A stretch of 64,000 bases of DNA from Eledone cirrhosa (GCA_964016885.1 OZ024745.1:111972001-112036000), one strand, 5' to 3'. Shown: positions 1 to 12,223, counted from the stretch's first letter. Notes: a model not told the origin generated them from the sequence alone. Program-made: numbers and translations.

Positions 1-249
1 CTCAGGAACATTGGAAAACTTTACTCAATACTCGAACAAAATAAAAATATGAACCAATTCATTGAAAATGTTGTACAAGGGTGCTTGAGATGAAAAACAC
101 TGACCATAGAAGGGCTAAACCATACTAAAAGCCTGATATGGTGTTCCAACAAGTTCATAAAAATCCCACCTTGAAGGATATCTCCATGCAATCCAGGAAC
201 AAGAAACCCCCACCAAGTACCTACTGCACAAAAGAGGAAAGTCTTCAGT

Positions 250-505
250 TGACAATAAATGTAAACTATAAAATAAAGATAGATGTTAGCTACATTATTG
301 CTAACTGTGAAAGAATGTCTTCTCGATATTACCTCCCCATGAGGTATGATATGATAGCTAGACTGATCTGGAATGCATTATGGAAGATGAAAATCAAATC
401 AGATAGGGAGGAATATATTGAGACTGATGTCTTAAAGGAACACTGGTGGAACCTAAAACTAATAACTGCCACCAAATTAAAGCACAACCAGCATGTGTTT
501 TTGTA
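250..505 (+). mobile_element. Decayed C-terminal fragment of an RLE-type (restriction-like endonuclease) non-LTR retrotransposon
   Basis: ORF 138-506 contains DVSYIIANCERMSSRYYLPMRYDMIARLIWNAL...WWNLKLITATKLKHN, resembling the 'HIISxC...RHD...WN...T..HNKPD' zinc-knuckle/RLE junction. Confidence 0.6.
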
Positions 506-888
506 ACATTCACTTAAAGAAAATAATATTGAGAATGAGACAGGATAGTCAGAGTGACCACAAGATTGTGTTATTAAACAAGATATAAGATTAACTTGAA
601 CAAAATAATAATGAGAAGAATGTCAACTGCCAACCTTGGAGAGCATATAATAGATATGATACTGCCCCCCCCCCCCCCCTCCACACTCCTGAAATAATTC
701 ACTAATGTTATAGGATATGGACCACTTCTATCAGGTTATAGCAAAGGTAGTAGCCAAAGGGGTTGATTACAACGTAAGGAATCTGAGAAGAGACAGACAA
801 ATATCTTTGTGAACAGATACAAGGTAGCACCAGGAAGTCAGTCAACTAGAGTTTCTTAAAGGTGAACTAAAGAAAGAAGTATTATTAA

Positions 889-1129
889 CCCTTTTGATAG
901 CAAACCCTCTGAAACTGCCTCTGGTTTTATGATACAAAACTATTTGTTTTAAAGTGTTTATATTCATATAAAAGCATTTCATCATAATTTTATGTATGAA
1001 CTGTTGCTAAGTTATATTCCAAACACCAACTTAGTTTTACTATTTAATTCTTTTAAATTCTTCATTATTTTCAAGATTATCTGAAAATCAAAAGCAATTT
1101 GTTTCATTAGACATATGGTAATGAAAGGG
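889..1129. mobile_element. piggyBac-like MITE, family B
   Basis: TTAA at 885-888 and 1130-1133; termini CCCTTT...AAAGGG. Degenerate relatives at ~11498-11760 and ~39500-39690. Confidence 0.7.
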
Positions 1130-1264
1130 TTAAAACACTAGAAAGAAAATACAATGTTGGGATATAACATCAGGTTGTTGTTGCAGTTCCTTTGAGAAAT
1201 TCATAATGTTGATAGTTAAACAATTAATATGCCACTGGTTGATTATGTGTAATGTCTGAATGAG

Positions 1265-1690
1265 TATCTTCCACTTCCAACTAACTTACTCTCCGTTTCT
1301 TGGTTCCAGCCATCAGGATGGAGAATACATTGCCTCAGAGGACGGCAAGGGAGGTGTGCTAGAACAGTCACTCCACCATGCGGGACTCGCACCTGTGAGC
1401 AGCCTACTCTGCTTCGATAGCAGTGAACAGGGATGTGGTGTGGGGGTCAAGAACACTGGAAGTCTCCACTGCTATAGGCGCTACCCACAAACTTATCAGA
1501 GAGCAGCCGATACTTGAACAGTTTGCCCTCTTTGGCCTGACGGGCAGCAGAGCCTGGGCTGGTAGCTGAACGCACCAGGCTGCCACTAGAGAAGGCGTCA
1601 CAGCATCTATCATCCCAGATGCAGGGCATACCCCCATAGAATGGGAAGATTATCACATTGTCTGGCCTTTTGCCATCCCCTCAGATGTTA
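1265..1690 (-). mobile_element. Decayed RLE endonuclease end of a CRE-like non-LTR retrotransposon
   Basis: Frameshifted minus-strand ORFs join as DGKRPDNVIIFPF..WD..CCD....GSAARQAKEGKLFKY...VAPIAVETSSVLDP...SLAVLRGN, matching RPD/WD/K..KY/P.A.ET.G RLE motifs. Confidence 0.7.
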
Positions 1691-1699
1691 TAATTAAAG

Positions 1700-2045
1700 A
1701 CCTGAAGTAAAGAGTGAAGCTAAGATAAAACAATGTGTGAGTAAAATAGAAAAGCTCCAACAGAACTGGTTGTTTCAGAATAATTACAAGAGATTGTACG
1801 AGAAACTGGATACAACAATTAAGTATCAGATGCAGAGAGAAGGAAATGATTTTGAAGTGGTGTATGGAGTGAGAAAGTTATTCACAGAGGGAATAGGAGG
1901 AGAGGAAAATAAATTAAGATAAGTAACAGCAGGTTGATAGAGTAATCACTTTGAAACTCATCACAAACCAAGCTGCAAAATTACCTATTTGAAATGCACT
2001 CAAACTAGACTGGCTCCAAGGGTTCTGGATATTGAACATTTAAGG
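1700..2045 (+). mobile_element. Decayed N-terminal RT-region relic of an R4/Dong-like retrotransposon
   Basis: QQNWLFQNNYKRLYEKL plus a degenerate 'LPNWKAPGPDGLQGFWIK' motif at ~1981-2035. Confidence 0.5.
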
Positions 2046-2919
2046 AAATTGTTGATAGACCTTATTGTACAGTGATTCCATCTCTGACTATCTTGTTCCC
2101 TTTATTTTTTTAACCATAGTTACCTCACCCTGGAGATTTTTTTATATATTTCAGTGGTACATATTCTTGAAAGCTATAATTATTTTGTTTGTTTGCTTTT
2201 CATAATAAGCAAGTTTCATATGTATATGTTACTATTGGAATGATGTGAACTCTAAGGATACTCAGCTTTGTGTGTTTGTCTTATCCTTGTCACAATATTA
2301 TACTTGTCATAATATTATTGTTTTGTATTTCATAACAATAGCTCTGTATTCTTCCCAGTAGAAGAATGAACAGGTTTCATCATGAAAGGGTTAAAGTAAC
2401 AAGGATAGATATACATAATCTCATTCATCAATGACAATATGGCATAATATATTTGATATATTGTACGTACCATTGATATACAAATATAGTTGCTATGAAA
2501 ATTTTTGTTGATATTTTGTGGGCAGAATAATTTATTATAAATATCAGAATAAGATCAAAGACTTCAAATTATCATCAAACCATTTCTTTACATTTCTTTT
2601 ATTATCTTCATCTATACAACTTCCATATCTTAAAGCACAGGCACCAAAACATAGACATCACTCACTTGTTATCTATATCAGGACATGCATAGTTCCTGAT
2701 AGTGTCAGTTTATTGTAGAACTGGAGTGATTGATATACAATATTACTTATGATGATGATAGAGAACTGTATAAGAAGCTATAAACTGTCTTGATTTCAGA
2801 TTTGCTGTTGCAGCTGATCAAGCCTTATTTGCATCTGTAGTGTCTATCATAAAAATAATTTATACAAAATTTGAAGACTCTCTCTCCACTTTTTCATTCT
2901 CTTTTTCATTCAAATGAAG

Positions 2920-2986
<67 letters not shown>

Positions 2987-2989
<3 letters not shown>

Positions 2990-3275
2990 CAAGGAGGTAC
3001 AAAAAGTTTTATTAGTTTTACACTTTATATTGGAGAGAGGAAAGAAAGTTTGACGTGCTGTTATATATGTATGTATGTAAAAGGTAAACAGAAATAACAA
3101 CACAAATGGCACAGTACACGGAGGGAATATATTAGTTTAACGCTTGAAATACCAGGAAGAGGGTCTTAACGTTTCGGACGCTAGTCCTTCATCAGAAGAA
3201 AGAATGAGAAATTAGGGAAAAGATAGAAAGATTGAGGGGATGGGCAGGGTGGAATTGGAAAACAATAACAGATCT
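2987..3275 (-). mobile_element. Short Penelope pseudo-LTR-like or retrozyme-like element abutting (TA)n
   Basis: Minus strand carries a hammerhead motif, a downstream AATAAA, and then runs into (TA)n at 2931-2986. Confidence 0.5.
3164..3199 (-). ncRNA. Minimal type I hammerhead ribozyme candidate
   Basis: Minus strand reads UCUU-CUGAUGA-A-GGAC-UAGC-GUCC-GAAA-CG-UU-AAGA: stem I UCUU/AAGA, stem II GGAC/GUCC, palindromic AACGUU in place of stem III. Confidence 0.7.
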
Positions 3276-4014
3276 ATTCATGTTGCCATCTCTTGGAAAA
3301 CTGTCAATGCTGGCATTTAGTGTATGATATATTTTTTTAGAAAATTGATGATGGAGCACGTCTATCTGATATATATATGACTAGAACATATGAAATCATA
3401 CAAATGAAAGAGTTCTAGTCTTGCAGAAGTCATTTATATACGCCTCATCCCCAAGGACACACTCTAATTTTGACAACCAAAAATTTGAAAAAAAATAATA
3501 AACAACCTTTGGCCTCCAGGACGCATGGTAAAAATAATAATTGAAGAATTAATCAATAAATGAATAAAGCAGAATGCCAGGTTCTTAATATTAGGTAAAA
3601 AAAAACCCCAACAAACAAAAAACAAACAAACAGCCTAATAAAACTTGTAGTGGTCTTTGCTGCTAAAAGTTTTACACTGAAGTTTGTGTGAAGTTAGATA
3701 AATTTATATGTTGTAGGAATATCTGACCTTTTATAAAAGAGAGATGAGTAAAATTACAGTCTCTATGAGGATCTCCTGTAGACTGTCTTAATTATGAGAG
3801 TGACTAACCCATGCTAGCATAGACAAATGGATATTAAACGGTGATGAGTGACCTCATTATAATGGCTGTTGACTTTTATGAACTTGTTAGGCAATACCTT
3901 GATGGCTATTCTGGTGTATATGGTGGGTATGATTTTGGTACATGGAATAAAGTTGTTTTAGATAAATGGTGCTAAGTTGAAACCATTCAATATTGGTGTA
4001 GGACTCCACCAAGC

Positions 4015-4039
<25 letters not shown>

Positions 4040-4045
<6 letters not shown>

Positions 4046-4446
4046 AGCTAAAAGTAAGCCACCCTACCTGGCATTCTTCGATCTCGAGAAAGCCTTTGAC
4101 AGAGTTCCACGTGCTGTAATCTGGTGGGCTCTTAGAAAACTAGGAGTAGATGAATGGCTTGTGAAAGCTGTACAAGCCATGTATAGGGGAGCAGTCAGCA
4201 AAGTTAGGATTAGCAATGAGTATAGCGAGGAATTTAGCGTACAGGTTGGTGTCCACCAGGGCTCTGTTCTTAGCCCTCTCCTGTTCATCATAGTCCTGCA
4301 GGCAATAACGGAGGAGTTTAAGACCGGATGCCCATGGGAACTCCTGTATGCAGATGACCTCGCACTTATAGCTGAATCTATGGTAGAACTAGAGAATAAA
4401 TTCCAAACTTGGAAGCAGGGACTAGAAAGAAAGGGTCTCAAAGTCA
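4040..4446 (+). mobile_element. Internal RT fragment of the RTE LINE family
   Basis: YLAFFDLEKAFDRVPR...GVHQGSVLSPLLF...LLYADDL, nearly identical in protein to ORF 5669-7711. Confidence 0.9.
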
Positions 4447-4812
4447 AGCGACCAGATCTGTGGAACGTGAAGAACTGAATACTTCATGGCAACAATGTCA
4501 CTGAGCTCTCCACATGCATGCATTACTCACCAAACACAACATTGTATCGCTTCTGCACCTGCCCTATTCACCAAATTTAGCACTCTCTTCTCCAAGCTGA
4601 AAATGCAGCTCAACGGTCACCATTTTAACCCTATTACTGAGAGTCAGAGCGAATCGTAAAAGGTCCTCGACTCGCTTATGGAAAACGACTTCCAGGTCAG
4701 ATTCTTAAGGTGGCAGGAATGCTGGGGACTAGTGTATTGCTGTGCAAGGTGACTATTGCAAAGGAGATGAAGTTAAAGCTTTGGTAACTATATTCCACGG
4801 GCATTTTTGTCA
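4447..4812 (+). mobile_element. Decayed 3' part of a mariner transposon
   Basis: KRPDLWNVKN*ILHGNN (HDNA-like), HLPYSPNLA (YSPDL-like), LFSKLKMQLNGHHF; ends at a TA-rich repeat. Confidence 0.65.
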
Positions 4813-5269
4813 TATATATATATATTTTTTTGTCATATATATATATATATATTTTTGTCATATATATATATATGACCATTCCCATATCAAATGGATCTAA
4901 CCATATCAAAACCATCTAACCCATGCTAGCATGGAAGATGGACGTTAAACGATGATGATTATATATATATAATCATCATCGTTTTGATGTTGATCTTTAC
5001 TTTGTAAAAAAATTGATTGCATGTACTATGTGTATTCTGGTTTTATTATTTTTTTTAAAGTACCAGTAATGCACTGGGTAATTGCTGGCCTTGTGCCTAA
5101 AGTAGAAAAAATTATTTTTTTTAATATCTCACCAATAGGGAGATGGTTTCTAACACAGACACAAGACTATTTCACTGAGATTTGACTCCTCCAGACAGAG
5201 ATAGACAGAGTTTACTTTTAGAATCATTGAACAAGTTACAAATTTTGAATCTAACACACACAGACCTAT

Positions 5270-7713
5270 ATCATCATCATCATCATCATCAACGTTTAAC
5301 GTCCGTGTTCCACGCTTGCATGGGTTTGGACGGGGGTAGTCCCACTTGAGGCAAGAGTGATTGTCTTGCTCGCATAGGACTGTCTGGCAGGTTTTCTACA
5401 GTTGGATGCCCTTCCTAACACCAACCACATTTACAGTGTGGGTCTGGGAGGTTTTTACCGTGTTGCCTACACGGCTACATTACAGCGTGGACTGTGTGTT
5501 TTTTTGTCGTGACACCTACACGATCTCATTTGTTTCGGCCTCGATGGCGCGGCACCAACATAACTTTACATAGAACGGGGTGGTGTGGATCGGGTGGGGG
5601 TGGGGGTGGTGGGACGGGGTGTATTTTGTTAGAGATGCCTACTGGCTGGAGTAGGTTTTACTATATATTTAGGTAAGGCGGGTCTTCTCTGTTACTGAGT
5701 ACCGCCAAAGGTCTCGGTCCAGTGACATTGTCTTGGAGAGGTGTAAGTGTGTGATGTCGGAGTTTATCAGCTCGTCCCAGGTTTTTCTAGGTCTGCCTAT
5801 TCCGTGACTACCGTCTATCTTTATTGCCCTGCACTTTGTTATACAGCTATCGACTTTCATGCGCATCACGTGTCCATACCAACGTAGCCTTCTCTCGAGT
5901 AAACAACATCTGATCCCTCTTATCTCTAATTTTTTCCTTAGTTCGTTTATGCTTTGCCGTTCACGTATATTACTGTTACACATCCAGCGGAGCATGCAAG
6001 CTTCGTTCCTCTCTAGTCTGCGTATATCCTCTGCACACAATGCCCAGGTCTCACTGCCATGCAGCATTGCTGTTCGTATGCAGGCATCGTACAACCTGCC
6101 TTTCATTTTTAGTGAGAACCCTTTAGCAGCTAATAGTGGTATAAGCTCTCTGAACTTTTTCCAACCAGTTCTGACTCTAGCTACAGTACTTTCAGAGCAC
6201 CCTCCCCCACTGCTGATTTTATCGCCCAGGTAACGGAAGCTGTCCACTATTTCTATAGAACCCTCTGCGCAATTGAAAGAGCTAGTAGTTTGTGGGCACT
6301 TGCTGCTACTTATTGCACCAGAGCACCGGCCACATGTAAAATCTATGTTCTTAGTTAGCTTACCTGTGATCCCACTACATCTTTTATGCACCCATACTTT
6401 GCATTTAGGACATAAAATGGAGTTTCTACCTACGCCTTTCCTACACACCGAGCACGACCATTTCCCAGAAGGGACCGCCGCCTTGTTTTCTTTCCTACAA
6501 ACTAGTACTTTGGTCTTAGCCAGGTTAATTTTAAGTCCTTTTGACTCTAGGCCGTGCTTCCATGTTTGGAATTTCTTCTCTAGCTCGGCCATTGATTCCG
6601 CTATGAGTGTCAGGTCGTCTGCGTATAGGAGTTCCCATGGGCAGCCTGTCTTGAACTCCTCTGTTATAGCCTGAAGGGCAATAATAAATAGTAGTGGACT
6701 GAGAACAGAGCCCTGATGGACGCCAACTTTTACGCTAAACTCTTCACTATATTCGTTGTTAATTCTAACCTTGCTGACTGTTTCTTTATACATGGCTTGT
6801 ATAGCCCTCACAAGCCATTCGTCAACGCCTAGTTTTCTAAGAGCCCACCAGATAATGGAGCGGGGGACTCTGTCGAAGGCTTTCTCCAAGTCGACAAAAG
6901 CTAAGTAGAGGGGTTTACCTTTAGCTAGGTACTTCTCCTGTAGTTGTCGTACTATGAAAAGAGCGTCTGTGGTACTTTTGCCTGACACAAACCCGAACTG
7001 CATTTCATCTAGGTCAATTCTCTCTCTGATTAGTTGCGCTATTACTCTTTCCGTGACCTTCATGACCTGGTCGATTAATTTAATGCCTCTATAGTTACTC
7101 CTATCTAGGGCGTCTCCTTTACCCTTATAACAGTTAACGATGATGCTGCTATGCCAGTCCTTCGGAACAACCCCATTCTGTACGACTTGGTTAACTATGC
7201 GGGTGACCATGGTGTGTCCCACCGTGCCAGATGCCTTCAGCATCTCAGCAACTATTTCCGAAGGCCCAGCCGCCTTACCAGTCTTCATATCCTTGATTGC
7301 CTTACTTATTATACTCCCCTCGACTAACACTGCTGGTCCCTCTATTGGGTCGATATGGGGGAGACTGCCTTTCTCCCAATTATTCTCCTCATTTAGAAGC
7401 CTTTCATAGTGACACTTCCAAGCTACCTTCTTATCAGCGTCGGTGATGGCAAGTGTGCCATCGTCGTTTAGTACACACTTCTCCCCGACAATATCACGGT
7501 TTTCCTTGACGCATTGCCTAGCAATCCTGAACACCTCACGTTTTTGGTCATCGCGTTGTAGAACATGCTTGAACTTTCTTTCCTCAGCTTCCCTTCTTGC
7601 TAAGTACACTTGTCTCCTAGCTTCCCTCCTGGCCACTTGATAGTCCTCTCTACTTCCCCCATCCCGCCATACTTTCCAAGCCTGCTTTTTGGCCTTAATT
7701 GACCCCTCCACCT
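5270..7713 (-). mobile_element. 5'-truncated young RTE-clade LINE (copy A)
   Basis: Uninterrupted RT ORF, ~390-bp 3' UTR, (GAT)n tail ending near 5270; the APE endonuclease is absent. Confidence 0.95.
5669..7711 (-). CDS. RTE LINE ORF2 portion: RT domain plus PHD-like zinc finger (truncated, no true start codon)
   Basis: KAAGPS, NYRGIKL, QFGF, AFVDLEKAFDRV, GVHQGSVLSPLLF, YADD, FRYLG, HGSETW, RRLRWYGHV, GRPRKTW. Confidence 0.92.
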   Translation of the reverse strand: MEGSIKAKKQAWKVWRDGGSREDYQVARREARRQVYLARREAEERKFKHVLQRDDQKREVFRIARQCVKENRDIVGEKCVLNDDGTLAITDADKKVAWKCHYERLLNEENNWEKGSLPHIDPIEGPAVLVEGSIISKAIKDMKTGKAAGPSEIVAEMLKASGTVGHTMVTRIVNQVVQNGVVPKDWHSSIIVNCYKGKGDALDRSNYRGIKLIDQVMKVTERVIAQLIRERIDLDEMQFGFVSGKSTTDALFIVRQLQEKYLAKGKPLYLAFVDLEKAFDRVPRSIIWWALRKLGVDEWLVRAIQAMYKETVSKVRINNEYSEEFSVKVGVHQGSVLSPLLFIIALQAITEEFKTGCPWELLYADDLTLIAESMAELEKKFQTWKHGLESKGLKINLAKTKVLVCRKENKAAVPSGKWSCSVCRKGVGRNSILCPKCKVWVHKRCSGITGKLTKNIDFTCGRCSGAISSSKCPQTTSSFNCAEGSIEIVDSFRYLGDKISSGGGCSESTVARVRTGWKKFRELIPLLAAKGFSLKMKGRLYDACIRTAMLHGSETWALCAEDIRRLERNEACMLRWMCNSNIRERQSINELRKKLEIRGIRCCLLERRLRWYGHVMRMKVDSCITKCRAIKIDGSHGIGRPRKTWDELINSDITHLHLSKTMSLDRDLWRYSVTEKTRLT

Positions 7714-8561
7714 TGTATATGTGAGCACAGATGCAAACTCACATAATTTTTTAGTGTTTACATTTACGAACTTGCTTACTTGGAGAAGTGTCTGATATCT
7801 TTATGTAATATTTTGTCTGTCTAGTTTCATGTTTTCTTACTCTTATTGCATTATAAAAAATATACATACATACGAAGGTGAATGCTGTACATGATTGTCG
7901 AACCTGTTAGAAATAGCAGCCATATCACACTCTGTTGTCTGAATGAATCACTGAATAGTGTAATACTAGATATTCACTTAAAAAATAGGAGTGTTAAGGA
8001 GAGAATGACTCTCCTCAAAGACACTTGAGCCATGCAGATGGTGAAAGAGGAATGGGTGATAGTAGTAGCTGTTCATTTCTACAAAAAGAAATTGAACGAA
8101 GGATTTTTTTTTGAGAGTTCTTAAAAAATCTTTCCTTCAACTACCTGAATGTGCCATATTTAAAACATTTCTTATCAATTTTCTCCACGTAGTTTATTTT
8201 AATTCCACTTAAAAAAGAAAAACGATCAATTGTCTGATGTTGGGAAAGTGTCTGGTCAACATTGTTTAATATGTTTCAAGCAGATGTTGATCTTTACTTT
8301 GTAAAAAAATTGATTGCATGTACTATGTGTATTCTGGTTTTATTATTTTTTTTAATATCTCACCAATAGGGAGATGGTTTCTAACACAGACACAAGACTA
8401 TTTCACTGAGATTTGACTCCTCCTCTTCCTTCTCTATAATATTTTTGACTCGTGATAACATTGTGTTTGTTGATTAAACATGATTTTCATGTTCATTAAA
8501 CATGATTTTCATGTTGTGTATCTCATCTTGTTGCTCTTTTTGTTAAACATCAAATTGTCTT

Positions 8562-8852
8562 CATCATCATCACCATTTAACATCCATTTTTCCATGCTAG
8601 CATGGGTTAGATGGGTTGTCCCTTTATGAAATGGGCCAGGTCAGATGACCATGTCATGTTCATACAGAACCGATTTTGGCCTGGTTTCTATGGCTGGATG
8701 CCCTTCCTAATGCCAACCACATTTACCGTGTGTACTGGGTGCTCTTTGTCATGACATCTACATGACCACTTTACAGTGTATACTAGGTGCTTTTTGTCAT
8801 GACACCTACATGACCACTTTACAGTGTGGGCTGGGCGCTTTTTGTCATGACC
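8562..8852 (-). mobile_element. RTE 3'-UTR-related short element with a ~47-bp internal triplication
   Basis: CCATGCTAGCATGGG and GGATGCCCTTCCTAA motifs; three units of ACCACTTTACAGTGT...TGTCATGAC. Confidence 0.7.
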
Positions 8853-9331
8853 AATATTATACTTTGGGAGGGTCATGCTGCCAATAAATAAAATGCACCA
8901 ATGGAATTTCACTTCAATTTATTATAATAATTTTTCATCAGTTAGTTTGATAACTGGATGGTTGTTTAGTTGTTTATATATATATATATATAAATATATA
9001 TATATAAATATATATATATAAATATATATATATAAATATGTATATATACATACACACAGTAATGTTATTCATAGATACATGTCTGCCTGTAGCAGATAAG
9101 TTTCAATCATCCAATATATATAGTCAATCTTATATTCTTTTACTGGCTCCATCGTTGGTTATAAAAATATATATTCATAAATCTTCTCCTTTTTATATAT
9201 CTCTGTGAATGTGTTTAGAATTTACAAAACATACAGATTATTTCTATCTTATTAATTTTTATTTTTTAATATCATTTATTTAAAATTGAATGTATAGAGC
9301 ACTTGAATCTACAAGATTAGTGTGCTTGTTC

Positions 9332-9373
<42 letters not shown>

Positions 9374-9396
9374 GTTATTCCGGGTTGAATCGGAGG

Positions 9397-9449
<53 letters not shown>

Positions 9450-9508
9450 TTTTAATATAGATGAGATTCTACAGGACTAGAACTGTTTCATTCTTTAGAA
9501 ATCATCAG

Positions 9509-9544
<36 letters not shown>

Positions 9545-10499
9545 TCATCATCATCATCATCATTTTACGTCTGCTTTTCCCTGCTTGCAAGGGTGAGACG
9601 GGAACTGATATATATATATAATGTTTTTTCTTTTTCTTAAGTTAACATTTTTTCTTTCTAGAAATTGATCAGAAATCTACTTTAGCATAAAAGGAAGCCA
9701 ACATGAATAATGAATACTTGTATGTGTGCATGTGTGCGCACACACAGACATGTATATGTCTGTGTGTATATATATAATCACACACCCACATAAACATATA
9801 AATGTACAAGCAGACACCCTTGAAACCCTATTCAAATTATTTATTTAATGGTAGGTTATGGGGAGTTAGTTTATGAAACAAAGATCATGGCATTTTAATC
9901 CATTCTTAAATGCCTAAAATAATCCATAAATTGCTGATTTGTCTCTTGATTATGTTTCTTATCTCTTGATATTATTTATTTTGAGAACAATACCTTAACA
10001 TATGTATGAGCAGCTGGTTACGACCGGTTTGAACAGAAAGAGGTGAAAGAATTCTGGCTGGATACAGCTGGTTTAAATGCTAAAGGGTTAAACATGTTTT
10101 TCATGCAGCATACCTCATCATGTTTTTTTTTTTTTAAACATCTTGTGGAATTTATGGCCATTCAGGAACTGTTTTCTAATTAGATGAAATGTTTTGCAAC
10201 ACTCCTTGTTACACCATTGTGGTATGATGGCTTTATACCATGTAACATTTCTGAAACTAAGAATATTTAAAGCCATTGCTCAGTGGTATTTGCGAGTACT
10301 TTAATCTTTCTTGCTATCTGCTACCTGATAAAGACTCAGTGTAGTAGTCTGTAGCTCTGTTGAAGGTGGCTATTTCAGAGAATAATATACTTAATTTCTT
10401 GTTGGTGCTTATTAGTACATGTTTTAAAACATTCGTTAGATATTTGAATCGGATGTAGATGTACAAGAGATACTGTTAGATTTTGTTAAGAGCTCATAT

Positions 10500-10960
10500 G
10501 ATTTTGAGTTTAGTTCAGTGTTGCAAAACAATTTCTCTCTCTCATGGACAAACATTTCACCTTTGGTCATAAATTCCATCAGCTGTTCACTGAAAAGAAC
10601 ATTAAGGTGAGCTACAGCTGCATGAAAATCAGGGCAGTTCATGCCATCTTGAACCATATTGCAAAAAAATGTAGAGCAAAGGGAGCTGACATTCTATTAC
10701 TGAAACATCGAGCTTTGCCCCTTAACTTACAGTTACCTAAAGGAAAGCCCTATATATCATACTGATATCTTTAACAGAAAAAAATATCCACTACATAGGA
10801 CTTACAGAGCATTCTTTCAAGAGATGTCTGCATCAGAACAACTGCTCATTCTGTCATTCTCAACTGGAAAACATCAGAGCATATTTCTAAGCATGTTTGG
10901 AAATAAAGAGACAAGGAAGAGATCCCCAGCATGACATAAGCAGTGTTATGTAAGACACAG
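10500..10960 (+). mobile_element. Decayed Neptune-type Penelope-like element relic (linker and GIY-YIG region)
   Basis: MDKHFTFGHKFHQLFTEKNIKVSYSCM and, in another frame, YIGLTEHSFKR; same motifs as the element at 62560-64000. Confidence 0.65.
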
Positions 10961-12082
10961 GTGTTTAATTAACAGTAGCACTAACACGGCATGATTCACA
11001 AAAGAGGTGTATATGAAGGTATATTGTATATGGTTTCATATACACCTCTATTACAGTTATTTAAGAACAAATCAAGATGTTTTGAATTGTCTCACAGACA
11101 AACTGCACATCATCTGCTACCCTACTATAATCTTGAATTAAAATAGTTGCTAATTTTAACACATCTTTCCAAATATCCTTATTATGTAAGTATAGTTTTG
11201 CTTTCCCATGATTTTCCTGTTAAGTTAAACCACTACAGACTTATCTTTCAGTTCCCAAGTGTGCAAGGCTTCTCATACATCTTGAAGCTGAAAAGGAAGT
11301 TGCTATGATGATTTTTTTTTTTTTATTATGCTATGGTTATAAAATATTCTTACTGTTAGTTTGTGATTTACTGTAATATGTGTATTCTGTTGTATGAATT
11401 TTATAATGTAATCATCGATTTTATATCTAGGTTCATGTAGTGTACCATGAAAATATATATAATGTTAGTCATTATATTTTCTTAATTATTACTTTTAACT
11501 CCTTTGATATCAAGTCACATAAAACTGGCCCCTGGTCCTAAAAAAACCCCCAAAATATGTATTTTAAAGGGTTTGTATTTATCTAAAACTCCTTCATCAT
11601 GACTTTATACAAGAGTATTTCTTAGTTTATGCTCCAATCAACAACTTAATAATGAGAAAGTTTGATATATTACTAAATTCCTCCAAATTCTTGATTATTT
11701 GCAAAATTGTTAGAAAATTATAGACAGAGTCTTTCATTAGAAATATAGTGAAAAGGCTAATTCTCCTGTGGTGGTGGGGTTTCTGATGTTGAAAAACTCA
11801 TTGAAAATAATGAAAACTATCTTTTTATTATTCAAATGTGTAGGTCAACAGCCCTTTATAATGATATATGTTGTTGGTTTTATTGGTGTTGTAAAGGTTA
11901 TATCTATTAGGGTGGATTTCTCTGAGTATTGTTCCACTACTAACTTGTTCAAGTATTTGTTGTTGACAACTGTTTATTTGATTCTCTTGATTTCTTTTTG
12001 TAAACTGTTATTATGTAAATGACAATTTAAAAGCTTTTCTCAGAAGGGGTCTTATTACTGGCCTTTTATATCTATGTAAACA

Positions 12083-12178
<96 letters not shown>

Positions 12179-12184
12179 GTGTGC

Positions 12185-12223
<39 letters not shown>

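Noticed and set aside
5859-7640. Plus-strand ORFs overlapping the RTE (and equivalents at 13-14 kb, 43-45 kb and 63 kb)
   Set aside because: They are antisense shadows of the RT reading frame with no recognisable motifs.
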